Source: Dehalococcoidia bacterium
GTDB lineage: Bacteria; Chloroflexota; Dehalococcoidia; Tepidiformales; Tepidiformaceae
Length of the DNA: 64,000 bases
Assembly (NCBI GenBank): GCA_040877955.1
Contig: JBBDMZ010000020.1
Location: forward strand, 13,849 to 77,848
Direction: 5' to 3'
Shown: positions 63,342 to 64,000 of the stretch, piece after piece
How positions within the stretch are numbered: the first letter of the stretch is position 1
How the letters are laid out: the number at the start of each line of letters is the position of its first letter
Made by a program: the position numbers and the translations under genes
The notes under the pieces: generated by a model
The model's input: the letters and a program-made list of their open reading frames with translations, nothing else
What the model was told of the DNA's origin: nothing
Databases searched by the model: none

Positions 63342-64000
63342 TCATTCCCGCCTCCGGGAACCGTAGTCGCCGAACGGGTCATCCCGCTCGCGGACGGTCT
63401 GGCGGAAGCCCACCTCCTTCGAGCGCGAGACGAAGTCCAGGCCCTCCTGCGTGTGCCGGGCGACGCCGTCGAAGAGTGTCCCCAGCGTGCGGCTGCTGGC
63501 GAGGCCCATGTTCTCGGCCGTCTGGTTGCAGAGCAGCTTGAGCATGATGAGCTGGTTCGTGGGCACCCGCGCCATGCGCTTCGCCAACCCCAGCGCGTGC
63601 GCCTGGAGCTCGTCATCGGGCACGGTTTCGAGGATAAGGCCGATCTCCGCCGCCTTCGGTGCGGGGATGGCGTCGCCCGTGAGCATGTAGCGTTTGGCCT
63701 GCTCGAGGCCCATGCGGTAGACCCACATCGCGGTCGTGGGCGTCCCCCACACGCGGCTCGGCGGGTAGCCGAAGGTCGCGCCCTCGCCCGCGACGATCAG
63801 GTCGCAGCAGAGCACCATGTCCGTGCCGCCGCCGATGCACCAGCCCTGCACGGCCGCGATCGTAGGCTTGCGGGCGTACCAGAGCTTCATGTAGGTCTCG
63901 ACGTACCGGCCCATCATGCCCATGTCCTGGACCGAGTCCCAGACCGGCCGCGCGCCATCCCGCTCGGCCTGCGTAGCGGCAGCCTGGTTCGAGGTGCTCG
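63342..64000 (-). CDS. enoyl-CoA hydratase/isomerase (crotonase) family protein, 5' end beyond the window
   Basis: KPTIAAVQGWCIGGGTDMVLCCDLIVA oxyanion-hole region; the reading frame stays open to the window edge. Confidence 0.8.
   Translation of the reverse strand, partial: STSNQAAATQAERDGARPVWDSVQDMGMMGRYVETYMKLWYARKPTIAAVQGWCIGGGTDMVLCCDLIVAGEGATFGYPPSRVWGTPTTAMWVYRMGLEQAKRYMLTGDAIPAPKAAEIGLILETVPDDELQAHALGLAKRMARVPTNQLIMLKLLCNQTAENMGLASSRTLGTLFDGVARHTQEGLDFVSRSKEVGFRQTVRERDDPFGDYGSRRRE

Overview
High-GC bacterial chromosomal segment, GC judged by eye and not computed. The gene content and repeats (REP/RAYT pairs, a DUF559 cassette, a GxxExxY gene, an LLM/F420-type oxidoreductase) suggest a Chloroflexota/Thermomicrobia-like or related Terrabacteria genome, but I cannot verify this without a database search. 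Most of the window is ordinary housekeeping and accessory metabolism: groES-groEL behind a CIRCE operator, lipA, mnmA, rsfS, cysS, folE, cysE, a P450, an M20 peptidase, methyltransferases, GNATs, and PAS/GGDEF and PAS/histidine-kinase signalling proteins. Features of more interest: (1) Two c-di-AMP (ydaO-yuaA class) riboswitches lie on the minus strand, one before an MFS transporter and one before a 61-aa zinc-ribbon mini-protein. (2) Three tandem paralogues encode a membrane-tethered LuxR-type HTH, a TM helix, an Asp-box (BNR) ectodomain and an SH3b-like tail. (3) An intact phage-type large terminase and an intact SPP1-type portal sit alone, 23 kb apart in opposite orientation, with no other phage genes visible. 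(4) There are two distinct REP/RAYT families, one with a decayed RAYT copy, a third palindromic REP family, and a DUF559 gene bounded by about 45-bp inverted repeats. (5) A 39-aa ORF matches the classical C2H2 zinc-finger consensus and has a strong SD. (6) An HTH-cyclase plus double-cyclase gene pair lacks the canonical catalytic Asn in all three domains. (7) A PAS protein and a mini-protein share a CAWC...H(S/G)ICxxC tail. (8) A lipoprotein with three internal repeats lies convergent with an S8 protease. (9) There are several type II TA modules, one with a duplicated antitoxin. Two large genes (the S8 protease and the PAS-GGDEF protein) show single-base frameshifts in homopolymer runs, most simply explained as assembly errors. 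All product calls come from motif recognition by eye; no searches were run. Many long ORFs in the track are antisense shadow ORFs typical of high-GC DNA and were rejected.
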